DNA of 32,000 nt, from assembly GCF_025583345.2 (NCBI RefSeq), contig NZ_CP123244.1; one strand, written 5' to 3'. Shown here piece after piece: positions 1 to 10,200 of the stretch (its first letter is position 1; every line of letters begins with the position of its first letter). The notes beneath the pieces were generated by a model. That model did not search any database. It was not told where the DNA came from and was given only the letters and a program-made list of their open reading frames with translations. Made by a program: the position numbers and the translations under genes. The stretch is from Escherichia coli (GTDB lineage: Bacteria; Pseudomonadota; Gammaproteobacteria; Enterobacterales; Enterobacteriaceae).

Positions 1-1328
1 ATGACAATACCGATTACGTGAGTAATGAATCAGGGACGCTTTCGCGATTATTTAAACTACCTCAGCATGGGACCACCGTCCGCACAGAATTGATTGCGGG
101 GATGACCACTTTTTTAACCATGGTGTACATCGTTTTTGTGAACCCGCAAATCCTCGGCGCGGCACAAATGGACCCGAAAGTGGTGTTTGTTACCACCTGT
201 TTGATTGCCGGTATCGGCAGTATTGCGATGGGGATATTTGCTAACTTACCCGTGGCGCTGGCTCCGGCAATGGGGCTGAACGCCTTCTTTGCCTTCGTGG
301 TCGTGGGGGCTATGGGGATCTCCTGGCAAACCGGGATGGGCGCGATATTCTGGGGTGCAATTGGGCTATTTTTGCTCACGCTGTTTCGTATCCGGTACTG
401 GATGATCTCCAACATTCCATTAAGTTTACGTATTGGTATCACCAGTGGAATTGGATTATTTATCGCCTTAATGGGATTAAAAAATACTGGCGTTATTGTC
501 GCCAATAAAGACACCCTGGTGATGATTGGCGATTTAAGTTCTCACGGTGTGTTGTTAGGTATTTTAGGGTTTTTTATTATAACCGTGTTGTCATCACGTC
601 ATTTTCATGCCGCGGTGCTGGTTTCTATTGTGGTGACGTCTTGCTGTGGATTATTTTTCGGTGATGTTCATTTTAGCGGCGTCTATTCCATTCCGCCTGA
701 TATTAGCGGCGTCATTGGTGAAGTAGATTTGAGCGGCGCGTTAACACTTGAACTCGCCGGTATCATTTTCTCCTTTATGCTGATCAACCTATTTGATTCA
801 TCAGGAACATTAATTGGTGTAACTGATAAAGCTGGCTTAATAGATAGTAACGGTAAATTCCCCAATATGAATAAGGCGCTGTATGTTGATAGCGTCAGTT
901 CGGTGGCGGGTGCGTTTATCGGCACCTCGTCTGTTACTGCCTATATTGAAAGTACTTCTGGTGTGGCAGTCGGTGGCCGCACGGGGCTGACTGCGGTTGT
1001 GGTCGGCGTTATGTTCCTGTTAGTTATGTTCTTCTCACCGCTGGTGGCGATGGTTCCTCCTTACGCAACCGCCGGAGCGTTAATCTTTGTTGGCGTGCTG
1101 ATGACTTCGAGCCTGGCGCGCGTTAACTGGGATGATTTTACCGAATCAGTGCCCGCATTTATTACCACGGTGATGATGCCCTTTACTTTCTCGATCACCG
1201 AAGGGATTGCACTCGGCTTTATGTCGTACTGCATCATGAAAGTATGCACCGGGCGCTGGCGCGATCTGAACCTGTGTGTGGTGGTGGTCGCAGCTCTGTT
1301 TGCACTGAAGATTATTCTGGTGGATTAG
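1..1328 (+). CDS. adeQ: Adenine permease AdeQ (YicO), NCS2/AzgA family; 5' end truncated by window edge
   Basis: The ORF in the track starts at GTG 18, but the frame is open to position 1. The upstream codons (..DNTDY VSNESGTLSRL) suggest the true start lies just outside the window. Protein GTTVRTELIAGMTTFLTMVYIVFVNPQIL is typical of the xanthine/uracil permease family. Confidence 0.95.
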   Translation, partial: DNTDYVSNESGTLSRLFKLPQHGTTVRTELIAGMTTFLTMVYIVFVNPQILGAAQMDPKVVFVTTCLIAGIGSIAMGIFANLPVALAPAMGLNAFFAFVVVGAMGISWQTGMGAIFWGAIGLFLLTLFRIRYWMISNIPLSLRIGITSGIGLFIALMGLKNTGVIVANKDTLVMIGDLSSHGVLLGILGFFIITVLSSRHFHAAVLVSIVVTSCCGLFFGDVHFSGVYSIPPDISGVIGEVDLSGALTLELAGIIFSFMLINLFDSSGTLIGVTDKAGLIDSNGKFPNMNKALYVDSVSSVAGAFIGTSSVTAYIESTSGVAVGGRTGLTAVVVGVMFLLVMFFSPLVAMVPPYATAGALIFVGVLMTSSLARVNWDDFTESVPAFITTVMMPFTFSITEGIALGFMSYCIMKVCTGRWRDLNLCVVVVAALFALKIILVD

Positions 1329-1343
1329 TAACTGGCGAGGGTT

Positions 1344-1390
1344 TCCAGATATCATGAGTTCTGATTACGCAGGAGAACTCATGATCTGGA
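1344..1390 (+). promoter_or_regulatory. Strong inverted repeat enclosing the yicN ribosome-binding site and start codon
   Basis: TCCAGAT-(AT)-CATGAGTTCT (1344-1362) / AGAACTCATG-ATCTGGA (1374-1390); 17 bp with one 2-nt bulge, 11-nt loop GATTACGCAGG. Confidence 0.6.
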
Positions 1391-1833
1391 TAATGCTCGC
1401 CACGCTGGCGGTAGTGTTTGTGGTTGGTTTTCGGGTGCTGACATCCGGGGCCAGAAAAGCGATTCGCCGTCTCAGCGATCGGCTGAATATCGATGTCGTA
1501 CCCGTGGAGTCGATGGTCGATCAAATGGGAAAGTCAGCCGGTGACGAATTTTTACGTTATTTGCATCGTCCGGATGAGTCGCACCTGCAAAACGCCGCGC
1601 AGGTGTTGCTCATCTGGCAAATTGTCATTGTCGATGGTAGCGAACAGAACCTGCTGCAATGGCATCGGATTTTACAAAAAGCCCGCCTTGCCGCGCCGAT
1701 TACCGATGCTCAGGTCAGGCTGGCGCTGGGTTTTCTGCGCGAAACTGAACCTGAAATGCAGGATATTAATGCTTTTCAGATGCGCTATAACGCATTCTTT
1801 CAGCCTGCCGAGGGCGTTCACTGGCTGCATTAA
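1381..1833 (+). CDS. yicN: YicN family protein (DUF1198), 150 aa
   Basis: MIWIMLATLAVVFVVGFRVLTSGARKAIRRLSDRL..., start at ATG 1381 preceded by AGGAG. Located directly after adeQ, as in the E. coli core order. Confidence 0.92.
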   Translation: MIWIMLATLAVVFVVGFRVLTSGARKAIRRLSDRLNIDVVPVESMVDQMGKSAGDEFLRYLHRPDESHLQNAAQVLLIWQIVIVDGSEQNLLQWHRILQKARLAAPITDAQVRLALGFLRETEPEMQDINAFQMRYNAFFQPAEGVHWLH

Positions 1834-1835
1834 AA

Positions 1836-1915
1836 CCGCTTCGTCTTATCAGCCTACAGACCGTGCCTGACCTGTCGAGTGGATAAGGCGTTCACGCCGC
1901 GTCCGGTATCGGAAC
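1836..1915. repeat. REP/BIME-like palindromic element pair after yicN
   Basis: GCTTCGTCTTATCAGCCTACAG followed by GGATAAGGCGTTCACGCCGCGTCCGGTA; close to enterobacterial REP sequence (CGGATGCGGCGTGAACGCCTTATCCGGCCTAC). Confidence 0.7.
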
Positions 1916-1948
1916 TGACAGTAGGTGAACGCATTATCTACGTTCTAT

Positions 1949-2272
1949 TTACAGCAGCACATCCAGCCCGTGTTTTTGCACAATGCTGAGCAGTTTTAAT
2001 GAAATGCCATTGGGGCGTTTAGCGCCACTTTCCCATTTTTGTACAGTTGAAACGCTGGTATTGAGATAGTGAGCGAAGACGGGCTGACTCACTTTTAATT
2101 TTTCCCGCAGTGCTTTTATCTCAACAGGTTGTAGGTCTTGCACGCTGGTCAGGCAGGCTTTGTCAAAAGTACGCATCGTTTCGGCAGAAATAGCATCGAC
2201 GCTGGACAATCCAGCCGCTGCGCTGTGAATAGCCTCAAATGCAGGACTTTTAAATTTAGTTTTTGCAGTCAT
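1949..2272 (-). CDS. XRE-family helix-turn-helix antitoxin (HigA/NadS-like)
   Basis: 107 aa; PVEIKALREKLKVSQPVFAHYLNTSVSTVQKWESGAKRPNGISLKLLSIVQKHG is a classic HTH antitoxin signature. Overlaps the upstream toxin ORF by 17 bp. Confidence 0.85.
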   Translation of the reverse strand: MTAKTKFKSPAFEAIHSAAAGLSSVDAISAETMRTFDKACLTSVQDLQPVEIKALREKLKVSQPVFAHYLNTSVSTVQKWESGAKRPNGISLKLLSIVQKHGLDVLL

Positions 2273-2615
2273 AGCAGATCTCTGTCAGTTCTTTAGTGTT
2301 AATCATTGCTGTTAGCTGGGCTTTCGTCAGGAAGGCATAATGCTTTGCAAGTTCACGAAACCCAGCCAGTTCCTGACTATTGATGTTCGACATATCCTGT
2401 TTTGCATATAAAAACGTGTAAAACCAATTGCTTCCCCCTTTTGCCAGAATAATTGCACGCTCACGATTTTGGTGAAGGCGCTTTTTAAAAACGCCACCAC
2501 CAAGTGCATCAGCTTTACCTTGCTCCGTTTCTAAAATGGCCCGGCACAACTCTTCGTCTGTTATTGCATGAGACCTGGCTTCCCTTGCAAACCATTTGGT
2601 TTTAAACACGCGCAT
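2256..2615 (-). CDS. RelE/HigB (Gp49-like) family toxin
   Basis: 119 aa; FKTKWFAREARSHAITDEELCRAILETEQGKADALGGGVFKKRLHQNRERAIILAKGGSNWFYTFLYAKQD...FRELAKHYAFLTKAQL. Toxin-first order with overlapping antitoxin. Confidence 0.83.
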   Translation of the reverse strand: MRVFKTKWFAREARSHAITDEELCRAILETEQGKADALGGGVFKKRLHQNRERAIILAKGGSNWFYTFLYAKQDMSNINSQELAGFRELAKHYAFLTKAQLTAMINTKELTEICYDCKN

Positions 2616-2634
2616 ATCGTTGAGGTCCTGTTAT

Positions 2635-2663
2635 TAAAGTATATCACCAAGTGCAATACTTTA
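2635..2663. promoter_or_regulatory. Candidate toxin-antitoxin operator (inverted repeat)
   Basis: TAAAGTAT (2635-2642) / ATACTTTA (2656-2663), perfect 8-bp inverted repeat 20 bp upstream of the toxin start. Confidence 0.5.
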
Positions 2664-2842
2664 TCCCTTATTCCCAACCCAATCGCGAAAATGCATATCA
2701 GCTTGCCCTATGATTTTTGTTTCTTCGAGCAGCCTCGAACTTTTCCCACAACACCGTAAAAGTTGCAAAAACGTTAAATGCGTCACACATTTCAATGTTA
2801 AAGTGGTCGGCTTTTCCCCTGAAACATGCCACGGGTAACACC

Positions 2843-4027
2843 ATGAGTGAATTTATTGCCGAAAACCGCGGCGCGGATGCCATCACCCGACCGAACTGGT
2901 CAGCCGTTTTCTCGGTGGCGTTTTGTGTCGCCTGTCTGATTATCGTTGAGTTTTTGCCCGTCAGTTTGTTGACGCCAATGGCCCAGGATTTAGGCATTTC
3001 GGAAGGGGTTGCCGGGCAATCGGTGACCGTGACCGCCTTTGTGGCAATGTTTGCCAGTTTGTTTATTACCCAGACAATTCAGGCCACTGACCGCCGCTAC
3101 GTTGTTATTTTATTTGCCGTTTTGCTGACGCTCTCCTGTTTGCTGGTTTCCTTTGCTAACTCATTCAGTTTGCTTTTAATTGGTCGTGCCTGTCTGGGGC
3201 TGGCGCTGGGCGGGTTCTGGGCGATGTCGGCGTCGCTGACCATGCGTCTGGTACCGCCGCGTACGGTGCCGAAGGCGCTGTCGGTGATCTTCGGCGCGGT
3301 TTCTATTGCGCTGGTGATTGCCGCACCGTTGGGCAGTTTTTTAGGCGAGCTTATCGGTTGGCGCAATGTCTTTAATGCGGCGGCGGTGATGGGCGTGCTG
3401 TGTATTTTCTGGATTATCAAATCATTGCCTTCGCTGCCAGGCGAACCCTCGCATCAGAAACAAAATACTTTCCGCTTATTACAACGTCCGGGTGTGATGG
3501 CAGGGATGATCGCCATCTTCATGTCTTTCGCCGGGCAGTTTGCTTTCTTCACGTATATTCGCCCGGTGTATATGAACCTGGCGGGATTCGGCGTGGATGG
3601 CTTAACTCTGGTGCTGTTGAGTTTTGGTATCGCCAGCTTTATTGGTACGTCGCTTTCGTCGTTCATTCTTAAACGTTCGGTAAAACTGGCCTTAGCAGGC
3701 GCGCCGTTAATACTGGCTGTGAGTGCGTTGGTGCTGACGTTGTGGGGAAGCGATAAAATCGTTGCTACCGGCGTGGCGATTATCTGGGGGCTAACTTTTG
3801 CATTGGTTCCTGTCGGCTGGTCAACGTGGATCACCCGCTCACTGGCCGATCAGGCAGAAAAAGCCGGGTCTATTCAGGTGGCGGTTATTCAGCTTGCTAA
3901 TACCTGTGGCGCGGCAATCGGCGGTTATGCGCTGGATAATATTGGTCTGACTTCGCCGTTGATGTTGTCCGGCACATTGATGTTGCTGACGGCGTTATTG
4001 GTCACCGCAAAGGTGAAAATGAAGTAA
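2843..4027 (+). CDS. nepI: Purine ribonucleoside efflux pump NepI (MFS), 394 aa from [10 protein letters not shown]
   Basis: MFS transporter sequence identical in character to core NepI (YicM). The internal ATG at 2843 is preferred over the track start at 2717. Confidence 0.93.
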   Translation: MSEFIAENRGADAITRPNWSAVFSVAFCVACLIIVEFLPVSLLTPMAQDLGISEGVAGQSVTVTAFVAMFASLFITQTIQATDRRYVVILFAVLLTLSCLLVSFANSFSLLLIGRACLGLALGGFWAMSASLTMRLVPPRTVPKALSVIFGAVSIALVIAAPLGSFLGELIGWRNVFNAAAVMGVLCIFWIIKSLPSLPGEPSHQKQNTFRLLQRPGVMAGMIAIFMSFAGQFAFFTYIRPVYMNLAGFGVDGLTLVLLSFGIASFIGTSLSSFILKRSVKLALAGAPLILAVSALVLTLWGSDKIVATGVAIIWGLTFALVPVGWSTWITRSLADQAEKAGSIQVAVIQLANTCGAAIGGYALDNIGLTSPLMLSGTLMLLTALLVTAKVKMK

Positions 4028-4142
4028 CGTATTTACAGGAGGGTTATTTCTCTGGCGGGAAAGCTCTCCTGTTCTGCCCCCTGATAACGCTTGATCAGGT
4101 ATTGTTCTTATCTTGTTGTTATTTCCATTATTCCGCCTGTAT

Positions 4143-4172
4143 TCATCATTTGCTAATCATGAATCATCATTT
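4143..4172 (+). promoter_or_regulatory. Direct repeat TCATCATTT x2 upstream of air-like gene
   Basis: TCATCATTT at 4143-4151 and 4164-4172, 21 bp apart (two helical turns), 57 bp upstream of the giant ORF. Confidence 0.3.
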
Positions 4173-4228
4173 TCCCTCATGTTAAAGAAAGGTCATTTAA
4201 TCTGAACGAATAGCGACAGGGATGACAA

Positions 4229-7200
4229 ATGGCAGGGAAAGCGCATGGGAATGGCGAGCGTCGGGGCGATAACACCATATGTGGATTGGGGGATCGTTTA
4301 CGTCGTCTGACCGCCGGTATTTGCCTGATTACACAAACTATATTCCCTGTTATGGCCGCTGCCCCTACGCATATTAATCATGCGCATTCGGATACTGCCA
4401 CGTCCCTGATCCTGCCGAACGTTAAAACTATTCCATACACCCTGGGGGCATTGGAAACGCCACCAACGGTCGCGGCACGCTTTGGTATCACCGTTGATGA
4501 ATTACGTCGCCTGAATCAGTTTCGTACCTTTGCGCGGGGCTTTGACAATGTGCGTCAGGGCGATGAAATAGATGTGCCCCTCATTAACAGTAATAGCCCT
4601 GAAGCGCGCAACCTGAAAGCAATGCAGATGGAGCGCGACGGCAAAGATCCGCAAATGCAGGTCGCGGAAGTGGCGCAGCAAAGCGGAACACTTTTAGCTC
4701 GCGATATGGACAGCGAACAGGCGGCGAGTATGGCGCGTGGCTGGGTGGCTTCTTCTGCATCTGCGCAGGCAACGGACTGGCTCAGTCGTTGGGGAACTGC
4801 CCGGGTATCTCTTGGTGTGGATGAAGATTTCAGCCTTAAAAGCTCTTCATTCGAATTTCTCCATCCCTGGTACGAAACGCCGGATAACCTGGTCTTCAGC
4901 CAGCACACACTTCATCATACGGATGATCGCACTCAAACCAACCACGGTATCGGCTGGCGTTATTTCACCCCGAGCTGGATGTCTGGCGTCAATATGTTTA
5001 TCGATCATGACCTGACCCGCTATCACACCCGAACCGGGATGGGCGTTGAATACTGGCGCGATTACCTGAAACTGAGCGGCAACGGTTATCTGCGCCTGAG
5101 TAACTGGCGTAGTGCACCGGAACTCGACCATGACTATGAAGCACGTCCAGCGAACGGTTGGGATCTTCGCGCCGAAGGCTGGTTACCGGCCTGGCCGCAG
5201 CTGGGCGGCAAGCTGGTCTATGAACAATATTATGGCGATGAAGTGGCGCTGTTTGGTAAAGACGAGCGACAAAATGATCCTCACGCGATTACCGCAGGTT
5301 TGAGTTACACCCCCGTTCCCCTGATCTCCTTTAGTGCCGAGCAACGGCAGGGTAAACAGGGAGAAAACGACACCCGAATTGGTATGGAGCTGACGTTGCA
5401 ACCTGGTCATTCACTGCAAAAACAGCTCGATCCGGCTGAAGTTGCAGCACGACGCAGCCTTGTGGGCAGTCGCTATGACCTGGTCGATCGTAATAACAAT
5501 ATTGTCCTCGAATATCGCAAGAAAGAGCTGGTGCGGCTGACGCTGACCGATCCGTTGAAAGGCAAGCCGGGTGAGGTTAAATCACTGGTTTCTTCCTTAC
5601 AGACCAAATATGCGCTGAAAGGTTATGACATCGAAGCCGCCTCCCTGCAATCAGCGGGAGGAAAAGTAGCAGTTTCCGGCAAGGATATTCAGGTCACTAT
5701 TCCTCCCTACCGATTCACGGCAATGCCTGAAACCGACAACACTTACCCGATAGCGGTTACAGCGGAAGATTCGAAAGGAAATTTCTCCCGGCGTGAAGAA
5801 AGTATGGTGGTCGTGGAAAAACCCACACTAAGCCTCGCCGATTCAACGCTTTCTGTCGATCTGCAAATCCTGCTTGCTGATGGAAAATCAACCTCAACGC
5901 TGACCTATACCGCGCGAGATTCCAGCGGCAAGCCAATCCCCGGTATGACGTTAAAAACACAGGCGAAAGGTTTGCAGGATTTCGCCTTAAGCGAATGGAA
6001 AGACAACGGTAACGGAACCTATACCCAAATAGTTACCGCCGGGAAGACGTCTGGCGCGTTATCGCTGATGCCGCAATTTAACGGCGACGATATCGCTAAG
6101 ACGCCAGCGCTGATTGCTATCGTGGCGAATACGGCATCCCGCGCTGACTCCACGATTGAGACAGACCAGGATAATTACGTCGCGGGTAAGCCGATAGTCG
6201 TTAAAGTGACCCTGAGAGATGATAACGGCAACGGGGTTACCGGACGAAAAGAACTTCTCAAACAAACCGTTAAAGTAGACAACACGAAGGCTGATGCCGT
6301 TAGTGCCTGGACGGAAGAAAGTGAGGGAATTTACAAAGCAAGCTATACGGCCCATCTCATTGGCGACAAATTAACGGCCCAGCTGACGATGCCCGGCTGG
6401 CAAACCAAACATTCGGATGCGTTCAGTATTGCGGGTGATAAAGATACCGCCAAAATCGCTGCGATGCAGATCACCGCGAATAACGCAGTTGCCAGACGCG
6501 ATCACAATACCGTCGCTGTGACGGTCAGGGATGTGCATCAAAATTTACTGCAGGGACAAAATGTTACCTTCACGGTCGTGAATGGTGCGGCGGTTTTTGC
6601 CGATCCAAACGGCGGTATTGTGACGACAGATAAAGACGGAATTGCCAGCGTTAACCTTGCCAGTGACCAGGCGGTAAACAGTCTTATCAAGGCCGAGATC
6701 AATGGCAGTAGTCAGTCTGTGGAAGTGAGCTTTATCACTGGCGATATCTCGCAGCTGACCTCCACCATCAAGACGGACGATGTGTCATACACTGCGGGTG
6801 GCAAGATAAAAGTGTCCGTCACCCTTATGGATGAGCAGAAAAACCTGGTGAAAGGGATGGCTTCGCTGCTGGCGGGTAGCGGTGTGGTCGAGGTGAGCGG
6901 TACAGATAAAAATGAAACGGGTAACTGGAGCGAAGAGTCTGACGGCGTTTATACCACCACCCGAACCGCGAAGATTGCTGGCGATCGCCATTACGCCACG
7001 CTGAAACTATCGACATGGAGTAGCGCGCAGCAATCCGATGCGTATGCCATCCGCGAAAGCGGAGCTGTGCTGGCTTATTCCTCCATCGTTACCGACAAAA
7101 CGACCTACACCGCGGGCGGTGCGATAAAAGTTACGGTGACACTCAAGGATAGCTATGAAAACCTGGTCGGGGGGCAACGAGACGCTATCAACCTGGCTAT

Positions 7201-10200
7201 CCAGCTGCCAAATACAAAAGCGGAAAGCATCGCCTGGAATGAAGATCAAAAAGGAATTTATACCGCAACGTATACCGCCTTACTCCCTGGCACCGGTTTA
7301 AAAGCACAGCTACAGATGTCCGGCTGGGCGAACGCTCTGACTTCAAATGATTACAGTATTAGTGGCGATGCCGCCAGCGCACAAATTGTCGCCATGCAAG
7401 TGACAACGGGTAACCCGGATGTGCTGGCGAATGGCAGCGATCGACATACGGTGAATGTCCGGGTGGAAGATCAGTTTGGCAATGTGCTGCCGGAGCAGAC
7501 CGTCACCTTTACGGTGACGAAGGGGGCGGCTGTATTTGCCAATGCAGGGCAGAGCGCAGATATCAGGACGGATGCGCATGGTATGGCAGAGGTTGATCTG
7601 AGCAGTACCGTAGCGGATGCCAGCACTGTTGAGGCTAAGGTCAATCAAAGCAGCGATAGTAAAACGGTGAACTTTGTTGCTGATGTCAGCACGGCGCAGA
7701 TCGCTGATCTGGTGGTCATTAAGGATGGCTCAGTGGCAGACGGTTCGACGGCGAACACGCTGCGGGTGAGGGTGACGGATGCGTTCGGTAATGCGCTGGA
7801 CGGGCAGACGGTCAGCGTGTTGGCGGACAACAGCGCAACGGTCGCTCCGACGGTTATCACCGAGCCGGACGGGACGGTGGAGATCTCTGTTACCAGCCAG
7901 ACGGCGGGAGTCAGTGCGGTCACCGCCAGTATCAACAACAGCAGCCTGAGCCGGAACGTGACGTTTGTTGCCGATGTCAGGACGGCGAAGATCGCTGATC
8001 TGGTGGTGATGCAGGACGGCTCAGTGGCAGATGGCACGACGGCGAACACGCTGCGGGCGAGGGTGACCGATGCGTTCGGCAATGCGCTTGCCGGGCAGAC
8101 GGTCAGCGTGACTGCAGGCAACAGCGCAACGGTCGCTTCGACGGTGACCACAAAGCCGGACGGGACGGTGGCGATCTCTGTTACCAGTCAGACGGCGGGG
8201 AGCAGTACAGTCACCGCAACCATCAACAGCAGCAGTCAGAGCCGGAACGTGACGTTTGTCGCGGATGTCAGGACGGCGAAGATCGCGGATCTGGTGGTCA
8301 TTAAGGACGGCTCAGTGGCAGACGGTGCGACGGCGAATACGTTGCGGGCGAGGGTGACCGATGCGTTCGGGAATGCACTTGCCGGGCAGACGGTCAGCGT
8401 GTTGGCGGACAACAGCGCAACAGTTGCTCCGACGGTCATCACAGGGCCGGACGGCACGGTGGAGATTTCTGTCATCAGCCAGACAGCCGGAATCAGTGCG
8501 GTCACTGCCAGCATCAACAGCAGCAGTCAGAGCCGGGACGTGACATTTATCGCCGATGTCAGGACGGCGCAGATCGCGGAGCTGGTGGTTATTAAGGATG
8601 GTTCAGAGGCAGACGGTGCGACGGCGAACACGCTGCAGGTGAAGGTCACCGATGCTAACGGCAATGCGCTTGCCGGGCAGACGGTCAGCGTGTTGGCGGA
8701 CAACGGCGCAACGACTGCCCCGACGGTTATCACCGAGCCGGACGGTAAGGTGGAGATCTCTGTTACCAGTCAGACGGCGGGAGTCAGTGCAGTCACTGCC
8801 AGCATCAACAACAGCACCCTGAGCCAGAACGTGATGTTTATCGCCGATATCAGGACGGCGCAGATCGCGGAGCTGGTGGTTATTAAGGATGGTTCAGAGG
8901 CGGACGGTGCGACGGCGAACACGCTGCGGGCGAGGGTGACGGATGCGTTCGGGAATGCGCTTGCCGGGCAGACGGTCAGCGTGTTGGCGGACAACGGCGC
9001 AACGGTCACTCCGACGGTCATCACAGGGCCGGACGGCACGGTGGAGATCTCTGTCACCAGTCAGACAGCCGGAATCAGTGCGGTCACTGCCAGCATCAAC
9101 AGCAGCAGTCAGAGCCGGGACGTGACATTTATCGCCGATGTCAGGACGGCGCAGATCGCGGATCTGGTGGTCATTAAGGATGGTTCAGAGGCGGACGGTT
9201 CGACGGCGAACACGCTGCGGGCGAGGGTAACCGATGCGTTCGGTAATGCGCTTGCCGGGCAGACGGTGAGCGTGTTGGCGGATAACGGCGCAACGGTCGC
9301 TCCGACGGTCATCACAGGGCCGGACGGTACGGTGGAGATCAGTCTCACCAGCCAGACGGCGGGCACCAGTGTGGTCACTGTCAGCATCAACAACAGTAGC
9401 CTGAGCCAGAGCGTGACATTTATTGCCGATGTCAGGACGGCGAAGATCGCGGATCTGGTGGTCATTAAGGACGGCTCAGTGGCAGATGGCGCGACGGCGA
9501 ACACGCTGCGGGTGAGGGTCACCGATGCGTTCGGTAATACGCTTGCCGGGCAGACGGTCAGCGTGACGGCAGGCAACAGTGCAATGGTCGCTTCGACTGT
9601 CATCACAGGGCCGGACGGCACGGTGGAGATCTCAGTCACCAGCCAGACCGCCGGAACCAGTACAGTCACCGCCAGCATCAACAACAGCAGCCAGAGCCGA
9701 AACGTGACGTTTACTGCCGATGTCAGGACGGCGCAGATCGCGGAGCTGGAAGTGACGCAGGATAACGCAGTAGCAGACGGCGCAATGGCGAATATGCTGC
9801 GGGCGAGGGTGACCGATGCGTTCGGTAATACGCTTGCCGGGCAGACGGTCAGCGTGACGGCAGGCAACGGCGCAACGGTCACTCCGACGGTGACCACGCA
9901 GCCGGACGGCACGGTGGAGATCTCTGTCACCAGTCAGACAGCCGGAATCAGTGCGGTCACTGCCAGCATCAACAGCAGCAGTCAGAGCCAGAGCGTGACG
10001 TTTGTCGCCGATATCAGGACGGCGCAGATCGCGGATCTGGTGGTCATTAAGGATGGTTCAGAGGCGGACGGTTCGACGGCGAACACGCTGCGGGTGAGGG
10101 TGACGGATGCGTTCGGTAATGCGCTGGACGGGCAGACGGTCAGCGTGTTGGCAGGCAACGGCGCAACGGTGTCTCCGACGGTCATCACAGGCCCGGACGG

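Noticed and set aside
4555-6355. Several 60-117 aa minus-strand ORFs under the 5' part of the adhesin gene
   Set aside because: Antisense to the conserved intimin-type beta-domain coding region, with no recognisable domains and no supporting RBS/promoter evidence.
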